64,000 bases of DNA from Schmidtea polychroa (taxonomy: Eukaryota). This document shows, one piece after another, positions 1-13,015 of this stretch (position 1 is its first letter; the number at the start of each line of letters is the position of its first letter). Location: positions 9,300,001 through 9,364,000 of the forward strand of contig CM097886.1 in the NCBI GenBank assembly GCA_044892525.1. The letters are read 5' to 3'. The notes beneath the pieces were generated by a model. That model ran no database searches and was not told the origin of the DNA. It worked only from the letters and a program-made list of their open reading frames with translations. The translations under genes were made by a program, and so were the position numbers.

Positions 1-550
1 TTGCAAAGTTTGATTACATAATTGGTGCCGTAGACATTTTTTTGCATTTTTGATTACATAATTGTTGCCGCACGCTCCAATGTTTTTTTTTCTGGGATTT
101 TCAATAAAAAAAAAATTTTCAATAGAAAAAGGTGGTCTACACTAAAAAAAGCATGGATTTATTCAGACTATAGTGAAGGGGTCTCATTGTTCCTGGGATA
201 TTCAATACAAAAAAGAGGTTTACACTAAAAAATCATGGTAAATTTTTGAATTAAAGCAAATATGGTCTAAAATTTAAAATTAAAGTTAAATAAGTAAATT
301 AAAGTATTAATTTTTAAACAATTAAAGTATTAAGTAAATTAAAGTAATATTTAAAAATTGTTTAACAAAAAGTTGGAATAATAGTCAATGTTTGAGAAAT
401 AAAATTTGTTAATGAAAATTTTTATGAAATAATTTTCAAAGTCAATTTTTAATAGAATAATAAAAATAATAATAATAAAAATAGTAATAATATTATTATT
501 TCAACCAAACACTATACAACACATAAAAATTCACTAAACACATAACTAAA

Positions 551-3441
551 TAGGGTTGGCAATCCCGTGCTATATTTTCAATCCCGGGATTTCGGGATTG
601 CATTTTCCTAATCCCGGGATCCCGGGATTTTTAAATACATGTTCTTGAAATATATTAACATACTATTTTAACCAAATTAATAGAAAAAGAAAGAGATTAA
701 TTTTGTTAAAATAATATGTTAATATATTTCAAGAACTTGTATTTAAAAATCCCGTTAATATATTTAAAGAACAGGTATTTAAAAAAATGACACATTCAAA
801 AATAAGTTTATAAAAAATAGTTTATTAAATTATAAGAAAATAAATGTTTTTATAATATTATACATCAAATTCATTATGTTTATAATATTCTTAATTAATA
901 AATTATAAAGAGTTCATTGTTAAAGTTACATTTTTAATTATTAAATAATTATAAAAAAATACCTAATTATTCTTTGTTATTTTTAAAATAACTTTTAAGA
1001 AAGCATAGTGCATCCAAAGTTTCATCACCCATACGACTTCTTATTTTCGTTGCAAAAAATCCGGCCGCAGAAAAGGCACGTTCGGACTCTACACTGGTTG
1101 GTTTGATTGTCATTAGAAAATCATACGCTCTTTGCAAAAAATCACCACGTGTTCCTCCATTTTCAAACAATACCATTTCCTTTTGAATTTTCGCTGACAG
1201 CATCTCACATCGAATTGGCATCCTCGGAAAATGTGCTTGTTTTATAGCTTTATTGAGCTCGTCTGCAATAGTTAAAGGTTGTTCAAGAGAAAAGGAAAGA
1301 GATTCAGATGGAGAATCAGAAGAATCTGAAACAATTTCGATAGGTGCCTCATTTGAAACAGAAGATTCAACTTCGGACTCATGAGCTGTTAGTGCTGTAG
1401 CTGGATTTGCAACATCTAATCTTTCGAGTAACTCAACTATTATTTTGCGACATTTTACGGCAGATGGAACTGTTACGAGCGCTATTTCAGATTCGGACTG
1501 AACGTTTGTCCTACCATTATGTAAATACTGAAGTACACCACTGATATCTGTCCGCCTTTGTCGCATGCTAAGAATGAGAGCTGAATGCAATTTTTGACAT
1601 ATAACGTTGTTAGAATCTTTAAGTTTTTTTAACATAAAAGTTATAGCAACATCGGCTGTGAACAGACTAGCATCCCGACGACAAAGGGCCTCGACTGTTG
1701 CTTTTACTGGTACTAGAGCACTAATGATAGAAGATATCATTTTAAGCTCATCATTAGATAAAGCAAATGATTCACCTTCAGGTAGACTTATGTCTATCAA
1801 TGCCTTTTGAATACAATTTTTTAATAAATAGATACGTTCAAGCATTGACAAAAGGCTGTTCCACCTAGTCTTGCAATCTTTTATTAGAGTTATTTGCTTC
1901 CCAAATTCAGCCGCAACATATTTCTGCAAGATATCGTTTTTTGTTGGCGATCGTCTGAACATTACTATCAATTTTCGTACATTTTTGATCACTGGAGCGG
2001 AATTTATCTCAGTAACATCACTTTTGTTTCCTCCATGCCTATGACCAGAATCGAGATCAACCAATTCTTCGTTGTCAGAAAAAATTTCATCGTCGTTACT
2101 CTCCGAAAAATCGTGTTCTACTTCTGATTGTTCGTCTTCGTCGAATTGCTGATCTGTTTCTATATTTTGCTTTTGATATAGTACTTCAATTACGGCCAGT
2201 TGCACACCATGGGCAAAACATAATTGTTGATATACAGGTAATAATCTCCCAACTTTTTTCATTACACTTGCTCCGTCAGTCATAATTCCGACGATATCTT
2301 TTCGCAAATCAAGTCCATATTCTGCGAGCTTTTGTTCTAGGAGCTCAATACATTTATCTGCAGGCATTGATCCTGTTATTCGAATTAAGCCTAAGCTCCA
2401 GAACTGACAATTTTGAGCATGTAAATTAATATTCATGTACCGACGGTTACGTAGTGATGTCCATTCATCAAACGATAAGGAAAATCTCTCACCAACACCG
2501 AATTGTGGGTTTTTTTTGCCATCTATTTCCGTAATTAATGAATTCTTAATTTTTTTGCTGTAATCTACAACTATTTTGCGCACTGTGTTGACTGTTGTAG
2601 GTAAACTTTTGAATCCTGTTGCTATAAGACCTGCACGTAAATCAGAAGAACGGCATATAACGTTAAATGAAATCCCATCAAGTGCGGTTAACCTTGCAAG
2701 TGTAGCAGGAAGTGATTTTTCTTCTCGTTCCAGCATCGGAAAATACTTGGTTAACGTTTTCGATTTTTTTGTTGGTGGTTCATCTGATGTGTTAGCCGAA
2801 GTAGTAGCTGTTGTGATGTTAATTTTATGGACGGAAAGTAGATGCGTATAGAGACCTTTCGTTGACCCACCCCCAATTTTTAGAATTTTTTTGCTGTCGG
2901 TATACTTACACATCGCTGTCTGTCCTTTTTCTTCTCGTAAAAAATGTTTCCAAACAGCAGAATTACTTTTCTTTTCATGGTCTATGTAAGAAGCCATTAT
3001 ATTTTTAAAATTTGTTGTTCAAATAGTGCGAATGATAATTTAATTAAATCTACACTTTAAAATAATCAAAAACAATAACACGTGAAAACAATTATATACT
3101 AATTACGCCTGAGCGCCAACAAAAAATTTTAAGAATATAAATACAAATTGAATATTGAAAAAAAAAAGTTCCAAGAATTTCGATTTTTAAAATTTATATA
3201 TTTTAAGAATTTGAATGCAAAAAAAATTCCAAGTATTTTCTATATGACAAAATTCAAATCTCAACCGAAAAAATTTAAATTTGAAAATGTTCAACCAAAA
3301 ACGATTGTTTTAAAGAATTTTTAAGGAAACTGTAAGGTATTTTTCCTTTTAGGCTTAAAAAGTCAAATCCCGGGATCAAGTGCTCGATCCCGGGATTTCG
3401 GGATTGCTAAAAATTGCGGGATCCCGGGATTCCGAACCCTA
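551..3441 (-). mobile_element. Full-length hAT DNA transposon with 17-bp imperfect TIRs and perfect 8-bp TSD
   Basis: Left end TAGGGTTGGCAATCCCG at 551; right end reverse-complements to TAGGGTTCGGAATCCCG, ending at 3441; TAACTAAA at both 543-550 and 3442-3449; subterminal palindromic ATCCCGGGAT repeats at both ends; encloses one transposase ORF. Confidence 0.95.
967..2997 (-). CDS. hAT transposase, 676 aa, uninterrupted
   Basis: N-terminal BED-like finger (VWKHF...C...THL..VH), FDEWTS, TDGASVM, CFAHGVQL, TRWNS, and C-terminal hATC dimerisation motif PTSVESERAFS. Confidence 0.95.
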   Translation of the reverse strand: MASYIDHEKKSNSAVWKHFLREEKGQTAMCKYTDSKKILKIGGGSTKGLYTHLLSVHKINITTATTSANTSDEPPTKKSKTLTKYFPMLEREEKSLPATLARLTALDGISFNVICRSSDLRAGLIATGFKSLPTTVNTVRKIVVDYSKKIKNSLITEIDGKKNPQFGVGERFSLSFDEWTSLRNRRYMNINLHAQNCQFWSLGLIRITGSMPADKCIELLEQKLAEYGLDLRKDIVGIMTDGASVMKKVGRLLPVYQQLCFAHGVQLAVIEVLYQKQNIETDQQFDEDEQSEVEHDFSESNDDEIFSDNEELVDLDSGHRHGGNKSDVTEINSAPVIKNVRKLIVMFRRSPTKNDILQKYVAAEFGKQITLIKDCKTRWNSLLSMLERIYLLKNCIQKALIDISLPEGESFALSNDELKMISSIISALVPVKATVEALCRRDASLFTADVAITFMLKKLKDSNNVICQKLHSALILSMRQRRTDISGVLQYLHNGRTNVQSESEIALVTVPSAVKCRKIIVELLERLDVANPATALTAHESEVESSVSNEAPIEIVSDSSDSPSESLSFSLEQPLTIADELNKAIKQAHFPRMPIRCEMLSAKIQKEMVLFENGGTRGDFLQRAYDFLMTIKPTSVESERAFSAAGFFATKIRSRMGDETLDALCFLKSYFKNNKE

Positions 3442-3503
3442 TAACTAAACACAAAAAATAACTAGACACAAAAGTAAAGATATTAAATTTTTATTTAATA
3501 CAA

Positions 3504-4430
3504 TTAATCTTCGTCTGATAAAATAACGTCATCAATGTCAACTTCTTCATCAACTTCTCCAACATCTCCATCAATTTCTTCATCAACTTCTCCAACATCT
3601 TCTCCATCAACTTCTTCATCAACTTCTCCAACATCTTCTCCAACATTTAATTGACTTAATCTTACATGGCCATATGCAAAACTAGTATTTTCCACACCTT
3701 TTGTCATCTGCGTTAGTTAGAGCTATTTTAGTATTTTTAATTGTATAAATTTGATGGTTAATTGCTAGTTATTTTTGTTTGAGGAATCGAAAAAATTTGA
3801 TTTGTGTTATAACAATCCAGGTATGACTGATGTTTTATGTCACTACCTTTCAATTTTACACCTTTAGCCTTTTTTGTTTCCTCATTACCCAACAAACCAT
3901 AACACAGGTCTAAGAAAAACCCATTTCTTATATTTAAGACCTTTATTCTCGTCTTTGAACTTTCCAATGACTGAATCAAGGTTCTCACTATATAAGGAAT
4001 GACAAGTATCGTAATTGGACGTGTCTAATAAATTATCGCGGATCATTGCAGGTAAAAGAACCTCAAGTTTGCAGTTAATAATTTCCAGGAAAAAAGAGTC
4101 CGTATTACCTGCAACGATATTAATTTTTCATCTAAACTCATTGCGATATCTTTCTAAATCTTTATATTGTAATTCATACATTCTAAGTTTAGATAGATCA
4201 AGTACAGACTGTCCAATGTAACTTGGTCCATTTAAACATATAGAATCTGGATTTAACAAAGCGGCAATTAAATTATCGTCGATTTTAATGGATTTTTTAA
4301 ACGAAGGTTTTGAAGTATATTTAACTAATTTACCTCGGTAGTACAAAGACGAAGATTCATTCTTCTCTTTAAATTTTCTACAGTTTTACCATATAAACTG
4401 TTATTTAACAATTTGTAATAATATTTGTCT
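3504..4430 (-). pseudogene. polB: Polinton/Maverick-type family B DNA polymerase, C-terminal remnant with acidic repeat tail
   Basis: Fragments read NNSLYGKTVENLKRR, KAKGVKL, KIAL.NADDKR, FAYGH across frameshifts; collinear with the polB at 37.6-38.5 kb. Boundaries approximate. Confidence 0.85.
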
Positions 4431-4548
4431 AAACTATTTGTACTTTTTGCTCTTAATTCGGTATTAAAAAAAAATTACTTATGAAATTAATAAGTTTTTA
4501 AGAAAATAGTAAAAATTGAACAAAGTAGTTTAAAACTATAGTTATCTT

Positions 4549-4551
<3 letters not shown>

Positions 4552-4634
<83 letters not shown>
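4552..4634. repeat. (AAT)n microsatellite
   Basis: Uninterrupted AAT run. Confidence 0.98.
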
Positions 4635-4635
<1 letters not shown>

Positions 4636-5369
4636 GTTTTAATCTATTGTTTCCATTATAGAATGGCAATTATTATTATGATCTTTCGCCGAACAATATT
4701 TCGGGTAAAGTATACCCATAAAATAAATATTATAATTTAATTGAAATATTTTAATAAATGTTTACCCAAAAATTTGCAAATTATTATTTTTTATTACAAG
4801 AAATATTTACAAAATTTATTTTACAAATTTTATTTACTAAAAAATAAAAATTTACTGAATTAAAAATATTAACATTTACTTAAATAAAAAATTATATTAA
4901 ATTTCCTTTAAAGTATAAAAAGTAATCAATACTTACATTATAAATTTTCATTTCGATTTATTGACATATTGACATAATTTTTCTCTTTATTCGTATTACC
5001 TAAATTATTAATTAATTAAATCAATAAATTAAAAATTAGGTTTACTTTTTCTTTTCAAATTTCCTTTAATCTTCGATTTCAAATTGTCTTCATTAATATT
5101 ATCTAAATTAATTAATAAATTAATCAATCAATAAATTAAAATTTACCAAATTTCTGAATTTTTTCTCTGACATTCATAACGTTTTCTATTAAAGAATTCA
5201 TTTTTAAAGGTTAACTATTTATTAAATGTGACTAATGATAGATTATTGTTTATAGACTGAAGATAATAAACAGGAACAAATTCTAACCAATCAAAATCAA
5301 GGAAGGGTAGGAAAACAATAAATATATTACGTTGCGGTATTTTAAAATTTAAATATATTTTAAAAACAA

Positions 5370-5660
5370 ATTTTGACGCTAAAGTCGACTTATGTAACAA
5401 AGACATAATAAACTCATTATTTCCTACAAATATTTCACCCATCAAATACCTAACTAGAGATGATATATATTGATTGATCATAATAATAACGATAAATCAC
5501 AAATTTCAGTATATCTTACAATAATTTTCAAGTAAATTTGAAGTCCTTGATAAAGTATGTTTTTTTAAAGTTCATCAATGTGTAAATGGAAATATTCTTA
5601 GAAAATTATTGAAAAAATTATCTAGTCAAATGCATTACAAAGTCATCAAAAATTAAACCT
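5370..5660. repeat. Dispersed repeat; inverted copy at about 32963-33270
   Basis: gacgctaaagtcgacttatgtaac...gcattacaaagtcatcaaaaatta matches the reverse complement of 32963-33270 with small indels. Confidence 0.85.
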
Positions 5661-6889
5661 ATTACTTGATTATTAACCTAACAGTCATTAAAAAAATTAA
5701 TTTTTATTTAAAATTTAGCAAATTATCAAGAAATTCAATTAAAATCATCATTAAAACTTTAAATTTTTAATCAATCAACATGAAATTCTTAGAAAATATA
5801 TGAAAAAATTATTTAGTCAAATTCAATTACATTACAAAGTCATATCCTATCACTTGATTATTAACCTAACTGTCATTAAAAATAATTTTTATTTAAAATT
5901 AAAAAACCAATCAATAAAAATGCATCCAATTATCAAGAAATTAATTAAATTTATCTTAGAACTAACTTTAAATTTTTAAATATTCATTCAATCCACATGA
6001 AATTCACGAAAATAATAAAAATTCACAAAAACCATCAACTCTAAAAAAAATTACTAATGAATACCTTAGACACGAAAATTTATCTAATAATCTTTCAAAT
6101 TAATTTATTAAAATTAAAGACAACACGCTGGAATTTGTCATTACATTCATTTAAAATTAACTAAATCAAGATATGAACTTTGATAAAAAATATTATTCTA
6201 AAATGGTTAGAATTAACACTAGTGTTAAATGGAAAGGTAATTATTCTTTAAATCTAATTAACTTAGTCATAATTTTCTTTAATTATTACTACTAATTCTC
6301 ATCATCTTTCAAAATTTATTACTTAATTTTAAATTGCATCCTTTAATTTACTTAATTTAAAATTTTAGCATTTAATTTACCAAATATAGCCTTTAATTAC
6401 TTTTTTTTGAAATATATCTCTTATTATTATTTCATAAAAAATCCATTTAAATTTATCATTGAAAATTATTTCAAAAAAATTTGCATCTCATATTGTCGAT
6501 TCTCATTGTTGATAGTTTTTCAAAATATCTGACAATAAATTAATATTGTAATTTTAAAATTTTTACTTTAATTTACTTAATTTAAAAGTATTATTATAAT
6601 TTAAAAATTTTAATTTTAATTTAACCCTTTAACCACTAAAACTGTCTACATACGGTCATCATAAAAACCCCATTCAATTCAAATCAAAACATTTTCGCGT
6701 TCCAAACAGTAAGATCGTTTTTCTTCTGTAAAACTACACACCGCAACTTGCAGGTTTGAACACGATCAAATTTTGTTTTGCTTGTAACGCTGGACAAACA
6801 TGAAGTATTGTGTAAAAGAAATCAGTTAGGAACGACACATTCCTTGAAAATAAATTATTACAGTTTAAATTATTATTACAGTAACTATA

Positions 6890-7325
6890 TCGACGGATCT
6901 AAATTATTAAATAACAGTTTATATGGTAAAACTGTAGAAAATTTAAAGAGAAGAATGTATCTTCGTCTTTGTACTACCGAGGTAAATTAGTTAAATATAC
7001 TTCAAAACCTTCGTTTAAAAAATCCATTAAAATCGATGATAATTTAATTGCCGCTTTGTTAAATCCAGATTCTATATGTTTAGATGGACCAAGTTATTGG
7101 ACAGTCTGTGCTTGATCTATCTAAACTTAGAATGTATGAATTACAATATAAAGATTTAGAAAGATATCGCAATGAGTTTAGATGTAAAATTAATATCGTT
7201 GCAGGTGATACGGACTCTTTTCTTGGAAGTTATTAACTGCAAACTTGAGGTTATTTTACCTGCAATGATCCACGATAATTTATTTGACACGTCCAATTAC
7301 GATACTTGTCATTCCTTATATAGCA
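6890..7325 (+). pseudogene. polB: Polinton-type polB fragment, inverted near-identical copy of about 3985-4420
   Basis: KLLNNSLYGKTVENLKRR...GDTDS; the sequence is the reverse complement of 3985-4420 with few differences. Confidence 0.85.
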
Positions 7326-7899
7326 TTAAATATAGGCTGGATAATTGAGAGTGCAGATTCAGGATTTGATGAAACTGATCAGGAAGTCACTCAAGAAACT
7401 GATGGAGAAAAAACCCAAGAAATTGATGAGGAAATCTATGAACTTATAGAACAATTTACGGGGAATATAATGAATGATAACGAACATGTATGTATCGATT
7501 TTACGGATATTATAGAATCTAAACTATAGATCATGTCGTTGAAAATATTATGAAATGTGGAGATGATGATTGTGAATGTGTTAAATAATAAATTTAAAAA
7601 TTTATTTATTTATTTTTAATTTAATATTTGATTTAAAACATAACAATATAAATTTTTATTTAAAAATCTTCAAATAATGTACAATATGGCAACACTGTTG
7701 CAATTTTAATTTAGTTTTTAAACTTGGTTTTCGGCTGGTCGAATTCCCTAGCATTTCGGGTGAGTTGATTGAGTGCACTCCATCCGCCATTGGCTTCTAT
7801 CTATAGAGTAAACGTGGATTTAATTATCTGAAAATGAATATTATTAATATATAGATTATAAAATAAACTTCTTGAGACCACAGACAATAGTGTTCAGAG

Positions 7900-8600
7900 T
7901 CCCATAGACCTTTTTCTATAATTATCTTCATGTAGGTGAACCCTTCAATTATTTTTGTCCACTTCATTTCTGCGGTTAATCTTTGTAATGTATTTTTGAA
8001 CGCGTCTAGTAATATTTTGCATTTTTTTTCGTGTATGGGTGGTGTTGATTTGTTTACTTTTCCCAGTGTTCGTGATAATTGCTAGTTTTGTTTTTTATGT
8101 GTTCGTTGAGTCCTGTTTGGAACGTTCTATGTGTTTCGCCTATGTACGATGCTTCGCATCTTATGCAAGTGATTTGATATACAATATTTTTTGAGAAACA
8201 AAGACATTTGGTGGAGGATTGGCATATACAATCTCGATGAAATAGGTCTGATGTTAGAGATTTTTAAGACTTACGAAGCTGTGATTTCAAAGGTACGGCG
8301 GTGGTAAATATTGGGCGAATATGTACTGGCAACTCCATATTGTGAATGTAAGCTCTGTACAAAATGGAATTTCGTTTAAAAATGGAAAGTGTAGGTATAT
8401 TACTGGCTTATTGACATGTTCCTTATGCCTATTAGAGTTGTATTCAATCAAAGTATTTTTTACGAACTCCTTTGGGTATCCATTTTGCAAAAACCGTGTT
8501 TTGAGGTTTTCAAGGGTTTCTTGTTTTTTAGTTATGTCCGAAAAATTCAGTTTCGAAATAACGAAACAACGAAAAAACAATCAAAGATTTTATTAATAAA
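7900..8600 (-). mobile_element. Penelope-like retroelement remnant (RT C-terminus and GIY-YIG endonuclease)
   Basis: Minus strand reads FLQNGYPKEFV...YLHFPF, then VYQITCIRCEASYIGETHRTF...NEHKK (GIY-YIG); several stops. Boundaries approximate. Confidence 0.8.
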
Positions 8601-8789
8601 TATCTAAAAATCTTGTGAAAATTAATAATAAATAATTTTAAATAGAAAATGTTGAGAAATAGTCATAATAATAATGTAAAAGTTATATGTATCAAAATCC
8701 AAGCCTTAAAGTTTACTTTCAATTAAAAAAAGGGTTAAATACATTTTTTGTCAGTTTTGACAAAAAATGTATTTAATCCTTATTATTAA

Positions 8790-8820
<31 letters not shown>

Positions 8821-8821
<1 letters not shown>

Positions 8822-8905
8822 GTAAGAGTTTATCCGACAAGATATTTTGTGTCTCTATGGGTATTAGTCGCAAGGGTACTGCTCACACTCAACGTGTGAA
8901 ACGCA
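8821..8905 (+). repeat. Isolated terminus-like unit of the CAAGGGTACTG repeat family associated with Polinton remnants
   Basis: agtaagagtttatccgacaagatattttgtgtctctatgggtatt...caagggtactgctcacac resembles the reverse complement of 59116-59248 and the units at 55325-55990. Confidence 0.55.
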
Positions 8906-9791
8906 TTTCAACTCTAAAATCTTTTTGTTTGATCGGGAAATCCGAACTGGTGTGCCAGAACGTGACTCATTTTCTGTTATGGCTTTTCTATATTTATTTT
9001 TGGCTAACTTTTATTCATCTGTAACTTTTTCAAATGTTTTTAAATTATCGAAATAAAATGACATTTATACATTTAATAAATAATATTGATTTTTATTGGT
9101 AATCTATTTAAATTCTGACATTAAATTCTACTAGAAGTATTAAATTTAAAAGTGACATTTTTAGTAAAAATTCGTAAATAAAATGTCACTTTTGACATTT
9201 TTCGGTTTTGAAAATTTTCATAGTGACATTTCATTAAAAATATATTTTTGTCAAAAATGACAAAATTTGTATTTAAACCTTAAAATAATTACTTGAAAGC
9301 CATTTCCAAAATGACTAAAATAAATAAACTTACAAATTAACTATTTAATCACAAATGATGCGTCATCTATAATTGGTTGTATATACTAACCTGTATTATA
9401 GATGCGTTTATTCATTGTAAACGGGTGTAGCAGGCACCACAACACAAAGATTGACCGAAACATTTGATATAATATTTTTCTTTGCAGCCATAACATTGAA
9501 AATTTCATTTTTTCTGTTTTGTAAAATATTATCCTTATACAAAGGTCTTCATTGGGTGGTAATTATTATGAACCACATAGCTCCTTTATTCATTGCAATT
9601 ACATTTTCAATGAGTTTCGATTCTTCCACCTTTTCCAAAATACATTTAATGTATTTAGTTGGCGCTAAACCTCTTTGTTCTGTTTCTTTGTCAACTTTCC
9701 TTTCTTCTTTGTAGTTTTGCTTTAATTAAGTAATCTGTAATTTCGTAACGCTGAATTTCTTTTCAGTCTTCACAATCCAAACAATATTTTA

Positions 9792-10499
9792 ATACCAATT
9801 CTGTTAATTTACTGCTTGTAATTTTGTGCCTCATTACACTCAACATTTTTCTCATCGACAATCGAATTGACTTGTAAATCTTCCGCTAGATTTGTTTGTA
9901 CTTCAAAGGACTTTCTTAATTTTTATCCCAAATTGTTTTCGAATGTAGTTTCATCATTTTTGGTTGAGAAATAATCTTCATCAATTCAAATATTCCATTT
10001 TAAATAATTCAAAGTCTGGTAAATTCTAAAATATATTGTATCACATAAAAGTTCAAGTATTTATCTCTTTAGGATCATATACTATTATATAATAATGAAC
10101 ATGAAATATGAGAAATGTTTCAGACATACAATAACATACACACACATACCAATTCTGTTAATTTACTGCTTGTAATTTTGTGCCTCATTACACTCAACAT
10201 TTTTCTCATCGACAATCGAATTGACTTGTAAATCTTCCGCTAGATTTGTTTGTACTTCAAAGGACTTTCTTAATTTTTATCCCAAATTGTTTTCGAATGT
10301 AGTTTCAACATTTTTGGTTGAGAAATAATCTTCATCAATTCAAATATTCCATTTTAAATAATTCAAAGTCTGGTAAATTCTAAAATATATTGTATCACAT
10401 AAAAGTTCAAGTATTTATCTCTTTAGGATCATATACTATTATATAATAATGAACATGAAATATGAGAAATGTTTCAGACATACAATAACATACACACAC
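9792..10499. repeat. Tandem duplication, 2 x 354 bp, near-identical
   Basis: Units start at 9792 and 10146 (ataccaattctgttaat); I noticed only one substitution. Confidence 0.95.
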
Positions 10500-10628
10500 G
10501 CATCAAATTATTCACGATAATTATTAATTAGGTAATTTAATTTTTAGATTACTTATAAATAATATTGTATTTTTGATTATTACTTAAGTACTTACTGTGA
10601 CATCTAAATGGTTAATTATTATTTGTTT

Positions 10629-10772
10629 CGCGTCTGTGTGCGCTTTTTTCTTTGTTTTGGTTGTGTGCGCACACAGACGCGTAAAATTGAGAGGGTGGAA
10701 ATTTTAATCTGATCTCGCGTCTGTGTGCGCTTTTCTTTTCTTTGTTTTTGGCTGTGTGCGCACACAGACGCG
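10629..10772 (+). promoter_or_regulatory. Two tandem hairpins with perfect 15-bp stems (CGCGTCTGTGTGCGC / GCGCACACAGACGCG) and T-rich loops
   Basis: Arms at 10629-10643/10667-10681 and 10716-10730/10758-10772; related unit at 20714-20778. The regulatory role is inferred. Confidence 0.55.
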
Positions 10773-10937
10773 AGCAAGAGGTAGTTTTCAAGTTCTTTTG
10801 AATTTAGTTGAGTTGTAATTTTTGAGTTTTTAGGATTTATCGATTTCGAACGGATTTAAGGTTGAATTGAAGTTTGTTGAAGGAGTTCTCTTCGATTTTG
10901 GTTGGAATTTATGGAAAGTAACAAAGTTACAAATTAG

Positions 10938-11507
10938 GAATCTAAATATAACGGGGAATTGATGGATCTCGATGATTTAATGGCAAGGTTGAATAGAACC
11001 CGCAGCAAAATGGAAATAGAAACTATTTGTAAAGACGATGTTATCAGATCTAGCAAATCGCTTAAAGTTCTGGATAATGGATTCTCTCTAATCACATTAT
11101 CTCGAGACCGACAATTAGTTCAATCTGTACCTGGTGAATTGAATATGGATCAAACAAATTTGTTGAAATGTGCTCAAGATCAAAATGGCCGAATCGATAT
11201 TGTTTTGTGTTCAGAAAGGAATAATATGAGATCAAATTTATGTGTAGCTACACAAAGACAGGTTCCAAATAAAATGATTGAGAAGAGTTCAGCTACGAGA
11301 TTGTTTAATATTACTGAAAATACTGGAGGTGTTATGACTGCTATGATCCCTGATTATCGATCTCAAGTATATCGTGCACAAATGGAAGCAGCTCGATGTA
11401 GATATGAACATGTATATGAAAATAAAATGATTATGTGTGATGATGATTATTATGATTATTATGAATTCGCGATTGAACATCTAAAAATTCGAAAACAAAA
11501 TATATGA
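10938..11507 (+). pseudogene. SNF8: Chimeric ORF: internal fragment of ESCRT-II subunit SNF8/Vps22 fused to an unrelated C-terminus
   Basis: NGELMDLDDL...DDVIRSSKSLKVLDNGF...LVQSVPGELNMDQT.LL..AQDQNG aligns with SNF8 GGLITLEEL...DDLIRAIKKLKALGTGF...LIQSVPAELNMDHTVVLQLAEKNG; SNF8 N- and C-termini are absent. Confidence 0.8.
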
Positions 11508-12356
11508 AGCAGCAAAATTGAAAATAATGTAAGAGTTCCAAAAATTTGAGATATTTGAGAAATTTGTTTATTCCCAATTTCAAAATGTCCATTCCTATTT
11601 TTGAAATTTTTTATTCCCAATTTGAAAGTGAAAAATTAATTTTAAAGTAGAAAATCGTATATATTTACATTTATTGATGGTATTGCTATTAATCAATTTA
11701 TTTTGAAATCAAGTAAAAGATAATTTATGTCAGAAGTCAGTAGCTTTTTTAATATGAAAATAGATTTTATTTAAATATTTCGACTTAAAAAATCCGCAAG
11801 AGATAATATTAAAAAAAATTATTTTTCTGAAATTTTGTGGTTTTATTTGAGCATTTATAATTGTGATTATTGTGATTAGTTTAATATTTTTTGACATTTT
11901 GAAGGATTTGACACTCCAAAGTTGGATTAAAATGTTCAAATATTCTTTCAAATATTTTAAACTATTTTTAAAAATATTTTTCTATAAAAGTCAAAATAAA
12001 AATTACGCAATAAAGTTCATAAAGTTCTTTGATAGGGCCAAAAACGCACAAAAACGTTTGGCATTGACTCATCTTACACATCATCACATATAACAATGCT
12101 TACTGACCCATAAAGATTCGAATTAGTCATGCCTTTTTTCAACCAATCAGAAAGCTATGTGTTTGATATCTCAATCTCCCTGTAGTTCTTCTAATTACTT
12201 ATGTGGATAAATAAATACTAAAATAAAACGGAAAAATTCAATTTACTACACTATCAATCATGCAAAATTTATTGTACGTAGTTTACAAAATTTATTTTTA
12301 TAACTTCAATATTTTTCATGGCATAATTAATTATGATTAATTTAATCTTCTATTAG

Positions 12357-12445
12357 ACTTCACGAATACTCCATATTACCAAATGAAAAACTTCTATGCT
12401 TTGGTCAGCTACTTGGAATGTGTGATCATATAAGTTTTACTTTAG
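12357..12445 (+). CDS. PRODH: Proline dehydrogenase, penultimate exon
   Basis: After acceptor tattag, reads LHEYSILPNEKLLCFGQLLGMCDHISFTL; donor gtaag at 12446; phase matches the next exon. Confidence 0.9.
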
Positions 12446-13015
12446 GTAAGCATTCATAAATTGAAAAATGTAAATTTTTATAATTTAAAATTTTATAATT
12501 TTTTTTTCAATTTCAATTTTTGATTTTCTTATGTTTTTAATTTGCAAATCATTTTATTTCCTCTTTATTTTATTCTAATTTTTTTTCCTTGGCTTTTCGT
12601 TGGTTCTCCTCATTTGTTTAAATTTTTTGCCTTTCTCCCGCGTTGTTTTATCAGTTAAGTTAAACAACCAAGTTATTTTCTGGTTATTGCCCAATATTAT
12701 TATTATTATTGAAAGTATTCTCACTGTCGCCAAAATAAAGCGCTTTGTGTTTTTATTTAATAACTTTAGCTCTATAACTTGTTTCATGGTATATAACGGT
12801 TGACAGCACTTTAAATGCGTCAATATATATTTTTTAGAACTATCGAAAAATCATAAAATTATTGTCCTTGCTCCTGGGGACTGTAATTAGATATTAATAT
12901 TTTATTTGGCTTCTTAGGGATGTTAATAAAAACTATTATTTTATTTTTATTTGAGGCAGTAAAATATTTTCACCGTTGTTATTTGTATCCGTACACAATA
13001 AAATCATCAAAAATA

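Noticed and set aside
1607-2851. Short + strand ORFs inside the hAT, and similar antisense ORFs over pol, polB and hATm
   Set aside because: Shadow frames opposite real coding sequence.
4487-4669. Poly-Leu, poly-Ile and YI-repeat ORFs (also 8767-9024, 48416-48616, 54083-54322)
   Set aside because: Translations of microsatellites.
7690-7820. tRNA-derived SINE or ncRNA (also 30490-30600)
   Set aside because: GC-richer patches without clear A/B boxes or a cloverleaf; possibly Penelope terminal sequence but unsupported.
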